This document shows, piece after piece, positions 39,190 to 52,943 of a DNA stretch of 64,000 bases. How positions within the stretch are numbered: position 1 is the first letter of the stretch; every line of letters begins with the position of its first letter. Both the position numbers and the translations under genes were made by a program. The notes beneath the pieces were generated by a model, which saw nothing but the letters and a program-made list of their open reading frames with translations, was not told the DNA's origin and searched no databases. The stretch lies in contig NC_043002.1 in the NCBI RefSeq assembly GCF_006345805.1, positions 104,284,001-104,348,000 on the forward strand. Reading direction: 5' to 3'. This DNA comes from Octopus sinensis (Eukaryota).

Positions 39190-39390
39190 TTAGTTAATCC
39201 AAACAAGAAAACACAAAAAAACCCCACAAAAACGCGAGGACGTGTTACAAATACAGTATTATTGGACGCTCCGGAAAGAAGGGAAGAAGGAGGGTTTAAC
39301 GTTTCGAGCGGAGCTCTTCGTCGGAAACATAGGAGAAGGAAAGATCCAGAGGAGGGAAGACGGAGGGAAAAAAATTGCCAAAGGTACACA
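39190..39390 (-). mobile_element. Short pLTR-like element with minimal hammerhead-like motif at 39294-39328
   Basis: Minus strand gttt-CCGACGA-a-gagc-tcc-gctc-GAA-ACGT-T-aaac with intact stem I; homologous to 9345-9545. Confidence 0.75.
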
Positions 39391-40202
39391 CGAGGTCACA
39401 TACACACACATAAATGCGTGTATGTGTGTGTGTACATTTGCTGGTGCACACATATTTATGTATATGCATATATGCTTATATATATATATATTTATATATA
39501 CATGCACATACATATATCCACACACACGCACATACACACACACATATATATTTATATGAAATATTGGTGAGTCCTCTGAAATCGGGGCGTTTTCAAATAT
39601 CGATTTGGCTGAGTATTTAAATCGGACAGGATTTTGCAAATTGTTTTTCGTCGTGAGAGTAAAAGGGAACAAAAATCTTTAGGGGACTGTTGGTGATTAA
39701 GAATGAATTGATGAAATGAAGAGAACTTCTCAGTTAACTTAGTTAAGTGACAACCAGACAATGATTTCGGAATCAAGGGAAAGCAAGGGTCACAGTTTGG
39801 GGGATTGAAAGGTACTGTGCTATCACTTTGGCCTCAAAAATAATTTACAATTCGATGGTTTGATATTTTACGATTGTCTACAACTTAGTTTTCACATTTT
39901 TGTTGAATCAGATCTCTTATTTAATCAATTATTGATTGCAATAATTTCGTTCCTCTCTGGAGGATTGTCAAACGTAAGACCCGACGTTCCTTCTGCGTGT
40001 CCTCAAAGGGAGCTAAATGAGGTTGGATTAGCATTTGCATCCCAGCCTCGTAAAACACTCACCAGCAACGACTAACAAAACAGAGCCATGGGCTGGAGGG
40101 TTATTACCTGATTGATGCGAAGATGTCATTCCTCTGGAGTTGTAGAGAATCACAGGCACTTTCTGGATGCAGCTACGTGCTGTTACTGACCATGCACCCC
40201 CA

Positions 40203-40267
<65 letters not shown>

Positions 40268-40392
40268 TTTTCAATGTTCATCGCTAAAACACACACACAC
40301 ACAATATATATATAAGTATATATATGTATATATATATTTGCATATATATATATATATATGTATATATAATGTATATATATATATATAATATG

Positions 40393-40426
<34 letters not shown>

Positions 40427-40439
40427 TGTATATATATTA

Positions 40440-40477
<38 letters not shown>

Positions 40478-40486
40478 TATATATAT

Positions 40487-40570
40487 ACTTTATTTAAAAC
40501 AGCAGAAAATTCAACAAAACCTGTTACTCTGAGTTCCGCGTTGCCGTTCATCGGACAGTTTTTGCTATAT
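40487..40570 (-). mobile_element. Single arm of the 59757-59965 family with hammerhead-like motif at 40521-40558
   Basis: Minus strand ctgt-CCGATGA-acggcaacgc-GGA-ACTCAGAGT-A-acag. Confidence 0.7.
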
Positions 40571-40574
40571 ATAT

Positions 40575-41068
40575 ATGACGTGCTTTTTTAAGCTTTTGTC
40601 TACAAAATCCACTAATAAAGCCTTGATCGGCCCGAGGCTACAGAAGACACTTGCTCAAAGTGCCACGCAGTGGAACTGAACCCGGAACCATGTAGTTTGT
40701 ACACAAGCTACTTACCACATAGCTACTACTGACACTATAAAACTCTCCTGCGCCAAGTGTCTTAGCATCGAGCCAACCAAACTCTCATGAGTGGATTTGG
40801 TAGACCGAAAATGAAAGAAGCCCGTCGTATATAAATATGTGCGTGTGTGTGGGAGGGTGTATTTGTGTGCCTTTTCTTGTCCCCCACCATCGATTGACAA
40901 CCGTTGCTGGTGTGTTTACGTCCCCATAACTTAGCACTTTGATAAAAGAGACTGATAGAATAAGCACTAGGCTTAGAAAGAATAAGTTCTGGTGTCAATT
41001 TGGTCGACTAAAAGCGGTGATCCAGCATGGCCGCAGTCAACTGACTGAAAGAAGTAAAAAAAAGAATC
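40575..41068. mobile_element. Two SINE family A pieces in divergent orientation
   Basis: Minus 5' half about 40575-40753; plus 5'-truncated copy about 40754-41068. Confidence 0.85.
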
Positions 41069-41084
41069 AAATAATATATATAAT

Positions 41085-41185
<101 letters not shown>

Positions 41186-41195
41186 ATATATATAG

Positions 41196-41330
41196 GATTA
41201 ATCAGCCGAAATTGCGAGGATGATCCGGTTCCTGGCTGAAGATTAGACGCTTCGAATGACCCGTCCGTTTTTTGTGTCGTCTCTTTGTGTATTTTGCGTT
41301 CTTGTCCCATTTTATATTTTTATATATAAT
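41196..41330 (+). mobile_element. TA-embedded element (family of 31850-32165)
   Basis: cagccgaaattgcgaggatgatccggttcctggctgaagattagacgcttcgaatga. Confidence 0.6.
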
Positions 41331-41509
41331 TTATATATATATATATATATATATATATCATACCGTTTCATATCACATCACATCAACGACCGTTCTCAAA
41401 GTGACATCTGCCTCCAGGAAAAAAAACAGACAAAATACCACACAACTAAACACATCAATAAAAAAAATAGTAATGGATATATAATGATATTCAAAAAAGC
41501 AGCGGTTGT

Positions 41510-41725
41510 AAATTTTTGCACAAGATCAGCAATTCTGGGGAGGGATAGTAATTCTATTACATTAACCCCCACAAAGCTCAACTGGTACGTACGTATTTTA
41601 TTTTGTCCGAAAGGATGAGAGACAAAGTCCACCTTCGCGGAAATTGAACTAGGAACATAAAGTCTGGCGAAATGCCGGAAAGTATTTTGACTGGCGTGCA
41701 AACGATTCTGCCAGCTCGCGGCCCC
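41510..41725 (-). mobile_element. SINE family B
   Basis: aacgattctgccagctcgc head and gaaaggatgagagacaaagtc domain. Confidence 0.75.
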
Positions 41726-41844
41726 TAATAAATGTATTTTCGACCTCCTAAAAAACGTAGTTCTTTATCCTGCAAGTATCCTTCAAAAAGATTCTTCGGA
41801 TTTGAGGATTAACTTATTACCAAACCTGACGCAATACTCCGCTA

Positions 41845-41861
<17 letters not shown>

Positions 41862-41880
<19 letters not shown>

Positions 41881-41881
41881 G

Positions 41882-41975
<94 letters not shown>

Positions 41976-42045
41976 TAATAATAATAATAATAATATTAAT
42001 AATAATAATAATAATAATAATATAATAATATGATAATAATAATGC

Positions 42046-42080
<35 letters not shown>

Positions 42081-42257
42081 TAATAATAATAATAATAATA
42101 ATAATGTAATAATAATAATAAAAATAGTGACGACACACATCATGATGATGTTGACGACAACAAAGAAGATATTATAGTGATGACAACGACAACAAAGAAG
42201 ATGCTGCTGAGGCTGTCGTTCATAAAATGTCGATCTCCATCATTTTGTAAGGTAATA

Positions 42258-42318
<61 letters not shown>

Positions 42319-42352
42319 TAATATAATAATAATGATGATGATGATGATGATG

Positions 42353-42428
<76 letters not shown>

Positions 42429-42485
42429 GAAGAGGAAGAACAATAATAATGATTATGATGATGATGATGTTGATGATGATTTTGT
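41862..42485. repeat. Compound trinucleotide microsatellites (TAC)n/(TAA)n/(TGA)n/(GAA)n
   Basis: Direct inspection. Confidence 0.95.
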
Positions 42486-42959
42486 AGAAGATAAGAAGAG
42501 TAAAATTAGAGAAAAGAAAGAAAATGAAAGAATTCTTATGAAAATCGATAATAGGAAACAAATCACAATTGTTTCGTCGATTGATTTTCGAAACCCTTAA
42601 AAGAAAACAAAGAAAGAAGGAAAGAATAATTATTTCTTTAATTAAAGTGAATGGTTTGTCAGATGAGTGGTGCTGTCACCATATTTCCGACAAACCACAC
42701 TCAAAGAATTGCAAGGAATTGCAACAGAACAACAATTATTGAAAAAATCAGCCAGCTTCCTTAATTTTTATTATGAGAAAGAATTTTCGTATTTATTAAA
42801 AAAGAATCTTCTTAAGAACTCTTTTACTACTTTCGCTCTTGTTGTTGTTGTTGTTTTTGTTGATGTTGTTGTGGTTGTTGTTGAAAGTCTCAGCCGCAGC
42901 TGCATTTTTTGTTCGTCGAGTGATTTCGGCGCCATTCCTCACCAACGTCGCCGCATTCA

Positions 42960-43254
42960 CATCATCTTCAATGCACATCATCTTCAGCTTCGCCGCCATC
43001 GCAGTCACCGCCATTGTCAGTATCATTATTATGATCATCATCATCACCATCATCATCCTGATCATCACTATCATCACCATTTACACCATACTCATCATCA
43101 TTATCGTCGTCGTCGTCGACGGCGGCGTCGATCCAACGTATAGATATTATCATCGCTATTGATATCATCCTCATCATCATCATCCTCCTCGTCATCATCA
43201 TCATCGTCATCACCATCATCATCATCATCATCATCATCATCATTATGATCATCA

Positions 43255-43305
<51 letters not shown>

Positions 43306-43433
43306 CATCGTCATCATCATCATCGTCATCATCGTCATCATCATCATCTTCATATCATCATCATCATCATCATCACCATCATCATCATCACCATCATCAT
43401 CATCACCATCATCATCATCATTATGATCATCAC

Positions 43434-43466
<33 letters not shown>

Positions 43467-43802
43467 CATCATCATCATCATCAATATCATCATCGTTGTT
43501 GTCTACACGGTCACCACTGTCGCACTCATACTGTCCGCCGGTAGGCGCACCACCATTATCTTGACCATCATCATCACTACTACGATCATCAGGACAATCA
43601 ATATCATCATTATCATCATCATCATCATCATCGTCAATATCAATAACACCAACGATCCACCATCAACGTCACCTTCGACAACAACGCTCCAAAAATGAGC
43701 ATTTCAGTCATCATCGTCACTTCCCCTCTACCTATCATCATCATCAACATCATCATTATCATCATCATCAGCAGCATTATCATCATCATCAATATAATCA
43801 TT

Positions 43803-43849
<47 letters not shown>

Positions 43850-43850
43850 T

Positions 43851-43888
<38 letters not shown>

Positions 43889-44140
43889 TATCATCATCAT
43901 CATCATCATCGTCGTCGTCATTATTATCATGATCAACATCAACATTATCATCATGATTATCATCATCAACATCAACATCATCATCATCATCATCATCATC
44001 GTCGTCGTCATTATCAACATCAACATCATCTTCGTCGATGCCATCGTCGTCGTCATCATGATCATCATCATCGTTATTCTTCGAATTATAATCTTCATCT
44101 TTATTCTCTTCACAGTCATCATCTTCAATGTCACCACCGC
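42960..44140. repeat. ~1.2 kb degenerate (ATC)n tract
   Basis: Direct inspection; source of the poly-H/I/S/M/D pseudo-ORFs. Confidence 0.95.
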
Positions 44141-44552
44141 ACCCCCCCCCTATTTTCCTCGCCCTCTCTTTATAGGCGTTTTTCCTCCTTTTCTTTCCTT
44201 ATACTATTCTCTTTCCGTTCTTTGTCAGGAGCTTTGAGGTTGTTCCCTCATAACTTATCCACCCCCCCCAAATCCAGTGACGTTCTTATCATTGAGGATA
44301 GAACTATCTCTATCTGTACCCCATTAAATATCTTTATCGTGTTGAGATTAAAGGGGACAGATACATCTCTTTCTCTCTCTTTTCTTCTGGTGTTTATTAT
44401 ATATATGCCTCAGTTCCTACCACATCTATTTTGTAATCTTCTCTTTTCGACTTTTAGCTGGTCACTTGTCATTTAGAACCCATCCATCATAAATTATTTC
44501 GTGGCGATAATTACGGTTACAATTTTTTCAATAATTAATATTATTTTGCTAT

Positions 44553-45630
44553 AAGGCAGTGAGCTGGCAGAAACATTAACACGCCGGGCGAAACGCTTAG
44601 CGGTATTTCGTCTGCCGCTACGTTCTGAGTTCAAATTGCGCAGAGGTCGACTTTGCCTTTCATCCTTTTGGGGTCGATAAAATAAGTACCAGTTACGCAC
44701 TGAGGTTGATCTAAACGACTTAGTTCCTTTGTCTGTCCTTGTTTGTCCCCTCTATGTTTAGCCCTTTGTGGGCAAGAAAGAAATAAGCAACATTAGCACG
44801 CCGGGCAAGTTCAATTTCCACCGAGGTCAACTTTGCCTTTCCTACTTTCGGGGTCGATTAAATAAGTACCAGTTACGCAATGGGGTCGATATCATCGACT
44901 TAATCCGTTTGTCTGTCCTTGTTTGTCCCCTCAGTGTGTAGCCTCTTGTGGGTAGTAAAGAAATAGGTATTTCGTCTGTCTTTATGTTCTAATTTCAAAT
45001 TCCGCCGGCGTTGACTTTGCCTTTCATCCTTTCTGGGTCGATTAAAGAAGTACCAGATAAGCACTGGGGCTGATCTAATCGACTTAATCCCTTTATTTGT
45101 TCTCCCAGTGAACAATAAAGAAACAAATATAGAAACAAGTTCTATTTTTAATAGATCTTTATATCTAAATAGTTCTATATTTAAATATCCGTCAAATGTA
45201 AATAATGTAAATAATATATGGCTCAAACGCAGCGAGCTGGCAGAAACGTTAGCACGCCGTGCGAAATGCTCAACGGTATTTCTTCTGTCGCTACGTTCTG
45301 AGTTCAAATTCCGCCGAGGTTGACTTTGCCTTTCATCCTTTCGGGGTTGATAAATTAAGTACCACTTACGCACTGGGGTTGATGTAATCGACTTTATCCG
45401 TTTGTTTGTCCTTGTTTGTCCTCTCTGTGTTTAGCCCCTTGTGGGTAGTAAAGAAATATGTATTTCGTCGGTCTTTACGTTCTGAATTCAAATTCAGCCG
45501 AGGTCGACCTTGCCTTTCATCCTTTCGGGGTCGATAAATTAAGTACCAGTTGCGTATTGGGGTCGATCTAATCGACTGACCCTGTCCCCCAACATTTCGA
45601 GCCTTGTGCCTAGAGTAGAAAGGAATATTA
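44553..45630 (+). mobile_element. Tandem array of about five SINE family B units (Nin/Deu-like domain)
   Basis: gactttgcctttcatcctttcggggtcgataaattaagtaccag-like block repeated near 44650, 44830, 45015, 45325 and 45510. Confidence 0.9.
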
Positions 45631-46399
45631 TTTTGCTCACTATTTTATGCATGTCAGCGGTGACATTAGTAATTATATAATGTCGTAATCTGTCGTCTCT
45701 CTTCTGTATGTGTGTCGATCGGAGGTACATATGTCACCATCATGAACTATTTGTGTTAGAAAAATTCATCCTAAAGTTTGGGGCAGATGTGTAATATCTA
45801 AATAAACTTTATGGTGATATATTTGCAATGTTGTCATCGGTCGTTGGTGGACGGTATTGCATGCAGGATTTGGAAGGCATTAATTCTCTTACTTGAGCGC
45901 AGCTGAATATCTGTCTGGACCTCACAGACTCTCTGTCCGTTGCAGTGTCTCTGACTGTCCTCCTTGCAGAGGTAATTCCGTGACATGCTAATTAACACAA
46001 AGCTGGAACTTGACAGGTGCCACTGATCGAGGTCACAGCAGACTTGTAAACTATTGTGTTTATGATGCGATTCCACATTCCTGAATCCCCGAAACTCGTG
46101 AACCAACGCTCCATTATCGAACGACGTTTAACATCATGTCCAGGATATTGTTTGAGATGTGTAAAATTCTAATATTTCTTTTTGTTTAATCCTGAGTCAG
46201 TTCTGCCGCTCATCGTCCTTCCCACCAACGTAAGGTACTTTAGAAAAACACAAACTATATCATTTGCCTTTTCACAACTTTAATGCTTAAATTTAACGGA
46301 GATTTGACAGCCATTTCTTTCTAGATGTAAATATAGTGTGGTACTGTTTTGAATTTGATGTAATTTGTAGCATATCTATAAATTATGAAAGCTATAAAG

Positions 46400-46760
46400 A
46401 TTTCATTTGACTGCAGCCATGCTGGAGCACAGCCTTTAGTCGAGCAAATCGACCCCAGGACTTAGTCTTTGTGAGCCTAATACTTATTCTATCTGTCTCA
46501 CTTGCCGAACCGCTAAGTTACGGGGATTTACACACACCAGCATCAGTTGTCAAGCGATGGTGAGGGAACAAACACAGACACACACACACACACACATATG
46601 TACACGACTGGCTTCTTTCAGTTTCCGTCTACCAAATCCACTCACAAGAGTTTGGTCGACCCGAGATTACAGTAGACGACACTTGCCCAGGGCGCAGTGG
46701 GACCGAGCCAGGAACCATGTAGTTGGAAAACACGCTACTTACCCCACAGACACACCCTTT
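46400..46760 (-). mobile_element. SINE family A
   Basis: Reverse complement of the consensus. Confidence 0.9.
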
Positions 46761-47104
46761 TATTAACGAAATATGGATGCAGCTACAGATGTATATTTTA
46801 GTGTTGCTGTTCTTGTTGTTATTATTTTATTGCTTTTCCTTCTGTCGTGCCCCGGACCTGGTTGAGACTTTCCTGTCAAAAATCTTCACAGTAAACCTTA
46901 ATACAAACTAACATAAAATTCAAATTGTCCTTTGTTTTATGAAAATGCTTCTGTGTCTTATAAATGGAGATGTTTTGGTCCTTTGTTACAGGCCGAGCGA
47001 CCAAAATCAAGCTCTCTCAGTGCCCTCATACCATTCTCGAAGAATCTCGCTCTTACTTCTCGGAAGAGTGTGTTACATAGCTTCTCGTGGATGTTCAGTT
47101 AAGA

Positions 47105-47560
47105 CGTGGATGTGTGGTACATAGCTAGCTTTCCAAACATATCGTTCCGGGTTCAATCTCATTGCGTGGCAACTTGTGCAAGAGTCTTCCACTCTAGATC
47201 TGGACACACCAAAGAATTGAGAGTGGAATTGGTATACGGAAATTGAAAGAAGACAATCGTGCACATGTAAGTGTTTGTGTGTGTATGTGTGTGTGTGTTT
47301 GTGTGATGTGTTTCTGTGTATGTGTGTTTGTGTGTGTCTGTGAGTATGTATGTAGATGTATATTTCAATGTCTGTATGTTCCCCATCACCACTTAACAGT
47401 CGACGTTGTTTTGTTTACGTTCCCGTAACTTAGCGGTACGGGGAAATGAGGCGATAGAATAAGTACTTTACAATAACAACTGCGGTCGACTTTTTTTATC
47501 TTGTGCCACATCATGGCTGCAATCCAATGAGTAGAACAAGTAAAAGCTAAAAAAGAGAAT
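47105..47560 (+). mobile_element. SINE family A, old copy
   Basis: gttccgggttcaatctcattgcgtggc...gatagaataagtac. Confidence 0.8.
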
Positions 47561-48125
47561 ATATTGCCATGGTTAATTATTATCTGGGTTCATTTCTATT
47601 CCCCTTCTTTGGTTTTTGCCTTTTCGTTTCTGGTTGCCCCAGTTTGTTTTCTATGTATTGAATCGTAATTTATTATATAATTAATTGCCATAAGCACATT
47701 TGCTGTCTAAAAACTATTTTTTTTCTTCTTGGAGTTAAAAGAGAAAAGCCTTACACCGATCTGTGCAGTGTTGCCAATATTTATGCGGGCAAAAAACGGA
47801 ATTCATCGATACCGCAAATATGAAATATCTGATCGGAAAGCTTGCAACATACTGAATCCCGTTATATTAAGGTTGAAAAGATTTTATCAACCCCAATATT
47901 AGTTCCGCTCCTTTAAACAAAATACGTTGACGATATTTGTAACCATATTTTATGTCAACACTTTAACTGAATTCTTGTGATATAGTTCACTACTTCTCTT
48001 TTTGTTTCCTTTTTTAATCAGCATATTATGACATATCCATACGTAAGAAATAGCCGATTTCCACTGAATAACGTCTTTTTTCCGGAGGTATTAGCGTCGA
48101 ACAAAAATGTCAATGGCGCGTGTGT

Positions 48126-48161
<36 letters not shown>

Positions 48162-48700
48162 ATAGAACGAGAAAGTCGGAGGGATTGCATGCATTGTCAG
48201 AAATAATCCTCTACTAATAGATTTGGGATTGAATTCCATAATCCACTGTCTTGTTTTTAAAGGCATAATCGTTTGCCACTTACTCATAACGACCGATGTA
48301 CCTGCTCATTACTAAAGCGAGCAAAACCAGGGATAATGTTTCCAGGATCCACAGATATTGAATAACATCAAGACTATTCTTATTTCCCATTCTCCAATAC
48401 CCAAGTAAGGCTTTTTGATCCATAATTGAATTTTACAATCAAAATTTCCTTTACAGCATTATTCCTGTTCTTGTAAAAGTACAACGTTATGTTCTTCCAT
48501 GGAGCTTCATTATTCGCAGCGTTAATATTGCTGTTAACTATTCATATAATGTGGGCTGCCTGTATTAAGTCTGTAATTTTCTATTTGTATGTGCATTAGC
48601 CTTGGAAATTAACGGGATTTTCTGCTCAAGTTTCGTCATTCACATCTTTGAAGTACGAAGGCTTCCTATATTCTTCCTCCTCAGCTATATATATATATAT

Positions 48701-48781
<81 letters not shown>

Positions 48782-48906
48782 TATGTGTGCGCGCGTGTGT
48801 CTGTCTGCGTACCTAAGTGTATGTGTGTATGTGTGCGTGCGTGCGTGTGTGTGCGTGTGTGTGCGTGTTGTGTGTGTGTGTGTGTGTGTGTGTGAGTGTA
48901 TGTGTG

Positions 48907-48938
<32 letters not shown>

Positions 48939-49268
48939 AGTGTGTGTGTGTGTGTTTGAATGAATTGGTCAATTGTGAAGAGCGGCAGAAATTATCGTTT
49001 TTCAAACTAAACGCCTCAGGGTGTCCATTTTCCTGTTATTTGGGTTTTCACATCAAATAATACAGAAAGCAACCACGACGTACGAATCCGTTCGATATAA
49101 TCGATAAGGCGAATTCCAGGCACATTGTTTCATTCAACGGCCATACTCATTTCGGCGTCCATGTTGTCATCAGCATCCTTTTTATCAGCATATCATGGAC
49201 GTAGCCGACAATATTATCTATACAATGAGTACGTTCTTCATAGCCTTTACACACTCACACATCATATA

Positions 49269-49362
<94 letters not shown>

Positions 49363-49772
49363 GGCGCAGGAGTGGCTGTGTGGTAAGTAGCTTTGCTGAC
49401 CAACCACATGGTTCCGGGTTCAGTCCCACTGCGTGGCATCTTGGGCAAGTGTCTTCTGCTACAGCCTCGGGCCGACCAAAGCCTTGTGAGTGGATTTGGT
49501 AGACGGAAACTGAAAGAAGCCTGTCGTATATATGTATATATATGTATATGCATGTATGTGTTTGTGTGACTGTGTTTGTACCCTTAGCATTGCTTGACAA
49601 CCAATGCTGGTGTGTTTACGTCCCCGTCACATTAGCGGTTCGGCAAAAGAGACCGATTCAATAAGTACTGGGCTTACAAAGAATAAGTCCCGGGGTCTAT
49701 TTGCTCGACTAAAGGCCGTGCTCCAGCATGGCCGCAGTCAAATGACTGAAACATGTAAAAGAGTAAAAGAGT
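49363..49772 (+). mobile_element. SINE family A, full length, young
   Basis: Nearly identical to 18299-18720; begins directly after (TA)n. Confidence 0.95.
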
Positions 49773-49773
49773 A

Positions 49774-50014
49774 TATAATAATAATAATAATAATATTAGG
49801 GAGCAAATCCAAACTTACAGGGAAAAATTAGATTTAGGATTAAATCTAATTTCACAGTATAATTATAAATTAAATTAGAGATAAAACCACTATTAGGCAA
49901 ATCGAACAGTGAAAAACATAAACCAAAGCATAAAAATAACAATAATGAATATAATATACAAAATATATAAAATACTAGCATTATGACCCGTCGTTGCCAG
50001 GTCATAGTGCTAGT
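49774..50014 (+). mobile_element. Possible non-autonomous Helitron-like element
   Basis: Ends in hairpin actagcattatgacc..ggtcatagtgCTAGt, i.e. subterminal hairpin plus CTAG before T. Confidence 0.4.
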
Positions 50015-50109
50015 GCATGTATATATGTGTATATATATATGTGTACACATTACATGTACATCTATATATATATATCTACACATAAAATACAAAATACAAA
50101 GTTATATCT

Positions 50110-50560
50110 TGGTATCGCTAGTGATAACAATACTCAAAATATATAACAGACTGGAATTGTAAGCCCGTCTGTTGCAATTTCGATCAATTGTATCTTGTCC
50201 TCCCTCTTGTATAGAAGTGTGGCTACAATCCAGCCTACTTCTACTGCTATTGGGGGCAAGGCATTTTTAATTTTTATCCCGGACGTCCCACGTCCCAGAT
50301 ATAAAGGTGAAAATAAAATATTTCCACTTTGCAAGTTCGAGTCGAGTACTCCCTTGCATGCTTCGTTGACTCGAACCTTGCTTCTATTGTGGCGAATTTA
50401 CCGCCTCTGGTTAGATATCTTTCATAGTCGCACGAAGACACTTTTCGATGGTGCTTTACTCCAGGTGTTCAAATCTTTTTTCTCTACATTGTATACTTTA
50501 TATACAATAGTCTTTTCTTTAATTTAATTTTTTATTATCCATCTGGACTATTTCATTTCT
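50110..50560 (-). mobile_element. Decayed coding fragment, possibly a LINE ORF1
   Basis: KYLTRGGKFATIEARF..LQSGNILFSPLYLGRGTSGIKIKNALPP..GWIVATL across frameshifts; family assignment is a guess. Confidence 0.35.
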
Positions 50561-50564
50561 GCAC

Positions 50565-51477
50565 GCTAATTTTATTTTTGATTTATTCCAAATAACAAAT
50601 GACCTCTTTTACTTTGATCTTGAAAGAGGTATTTATATGTACAGGACAGCTAACCTCTATGATGGTACATATCTTTTCCCATCTTTCCAAAACAACAATA
50701 TCCGGCCGTTGTGTTTACATTTGATAGAGGTTTTGATAAGAATATTCCACCAGGATTACTTGAGCTGGTATTTATGAATGTATTCCATAATAGAGGGATT
50801 TTTACAAGTTTATTTCAGGACAGTCTTTTTTGCGGATGGCAGTGTAGATTGTTTTAGCAACAACATCGTGCCACATGAGGGGGGGGGGGAGGTTAGTACC
50901 GTGACGATATTTTAGGACTGCTGCTAATCATATGCGTATTGTCTTTCACAGAAACATGACATAGCCTACACATGCGGTTATACCTTGGGATTACAAGGGC
51001 GTCAGTGTCTCTCTCTTGTTCACCAGGCACTTTGTGGCAATCCTAAGCTCCTGGATTGCAAACGCATAGCCTTTAAAGTGATATGTGATGTAGGGGTCTT
51101 GTGTCCAAGAGAGAGTGCGCTTCGTGAATTCTTCACGCCTCTGGGCAACATAACCATGCATTGTCCTTTTATTTTTGTATGCTGAGTGCTTTCCATCCAC
51201 GTCTTCTCTAATGTAAGAGACCCGAGCTGTTTTGGTGCTATATAGGAGATCATCAGAAAGATAGTGCTTCCTGATGAGCGCACTGTCATCTCGTACAGTG
51301 TTGCTCACTTCAGCACTGAATCTATATAGTCATATTTGCTGGTGTTGTTCAGCATGTGCTGCCTGAGTGATACCACATGGCATTCGAAGACCGTCTACAC
51401 TGATCTCAGGTCTCTACCACCTTCATTTCTTCTTAGGTGGAGTCTGTCAACATCACTGTATCTGTAGAAGTTCCCGG
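50565..51477 (-). mobile_element. Dong/R4-type (REL endonuclease) LINE fragment
   Basis: SDVDRLHLRRNEGGRDL, GYAFAIQE, CRLC..THMISS..WHDVVAK zinc-knuckle remnant, WWNILIKTSIKCKHN.PDIVV..TIIEVSCP. Confidence 0.85.
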
Positions 51478-51843
51478 TTGTTCTTGTTCAAGGGGGTGAT
51501 GGTGCTGGTAGTTTATAGTAGGCCCCTAAACTATGGTTGCCTAGATTTAGCTTATCTTCTATTAAGAAAATATGAGTCTGCAATATCATCTATTGTGTTT
51601 GATACACAAGAAGAGCATGCAACTGGGAAGATTCCCAGTATAAATGCAGGCTACGTGTGCATGTATAGAACCTGCATTTATACTAGGAATCTTCCCAATT
51701 GCATGCTCTTTGTTGTGTATCAAACACAATAGATGATATTGCAGACTCATACTTTCTTAATAGCAGATAAGATAAATCTAAGCAACCATAGTTTAGGGGC
51801 CTACTATAAACTACCACCACCGTCTCCCCATCAACAAGAACAA
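51478..51843. repeat. ~365 bp near-perfect inverted repeat (foldback)
   Basis: ~172 bp arms ttgttcttgtt...cagtataaatgcagg / cctgcatttatactag...aacaagaacaa with a ~20 bp spacer. Confidence 0.9.
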
Positions 51844-52159
51844 AAACAACATCATTTGAATCGTAATAGAACCATGTGTTGATGAATATCTATAAATGAG
51901 TAATTTCCCGTAAATAATTCATTGTTCTGCTTCTATCATCGTAATATAACCGATTATGTTTACATATAAAATAAGCGAAAAAGATTTAATATGTCCGAAA
52001 GAAGACTGGATTTTTCACACCCCGTCCTTCGCAAGATGTTTAAATTAATTGTCATGATGTTGTGTTTTCCCTTCCTGCATAATTTTAATCCGAATATCGA
52101 TGGAGTTTACATTAAAGATATTAACATGGACGCAGACATGGCAAAATGTTAAAGTGTAT

Positions 52160-52505
52160 GGTTTTACAACCACGCGGTTTCCGGCCAAATCCCACTCTAC
52201 TGCATCTTGCGAAAGTGCATTTTGATATAGCTTCGGGTCCACCAATGTCTTCCGATAGAATCTGGAGATGGAAAACCGTCATGTGTATGTTTGTGCATGT
52301 GTGTGTGTGTATGTGAGCCTTTGGATTTGTGGGGTTTTTTTTTTTCGTCCCCATCGCTTTACAAGCTGCGTTGTTTGATCTTGTCCTCTTAACAACTGTC
52401 TTTGGCAAAAGTGGCTGACTGAATGAATGCCAAAATTACGTCCTGGGGTCGATATGTTTCACTGAACCCTTTAAGGACGTCTTCTTTTAAATCAAACAAG
52501 TAAAA
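52160..52505 (+). mobile_element. SINE family A, old copy
   Basis: caaccacgcggttt...gtcctggggtcgatatgttt. Confidence 0.65.
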
Positions 52506-52542
52506 TACCGGTTAAATTTACCGTCATGGCAAATATCGATAA

Positions 52543-52596
<54 letters not shown>

Positions 52597-52895
52597 AAAC
52601 GCTAATGTTCAAACAAAAATATAACTGAAACAACCAGAAGGAAAACTAAACTCACCAAAAATCATGCGAACAACAAGGATAGAAATATAAACAAGGCAAA
52701 TAAAAAATATAAATGGAAAAAGCAAAGAAAAATCAGCAACGAAAATGGAAAAATTTGAAGGGTGATTTAACAAGCTCTGGTGTTTTGGCAGTTTCTCGCC
52801 ATTGCTATTTTGGTTTTTTTGAAAATCCGATGCGAAATTTGGTGTCATTATCAGTGATGTTCTTGTTGTTGTTGCTTGCAGCTTCCACCGTTATT

Positions 52896-52943
<48 letters not shown>

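Noticed and set aside
44553-45630. Regularly repeated block as a CRISPR array
   Set aside because: Units are ~170-240 bp SINE bodies with homologous, not unique, intervening sequence, in a eukaryotic context.
45730-46130. Possible Tc1/mariner N-terminal remnant on the minus strand (RWFTSFGDSG)
   Set aside because: No TIRs or catalytic motifs could be confirmed.
48200-48580. Peptide-like minus frames (NNEAPWKNITLYFYK)
   Set aside because: Multiple stops and no identifiable family.
51270-51310. CTGATGA followed by a hairpin
   Set aside because: No GAAA after the stem, and it lies antisense within Dong LINE coding sequence.
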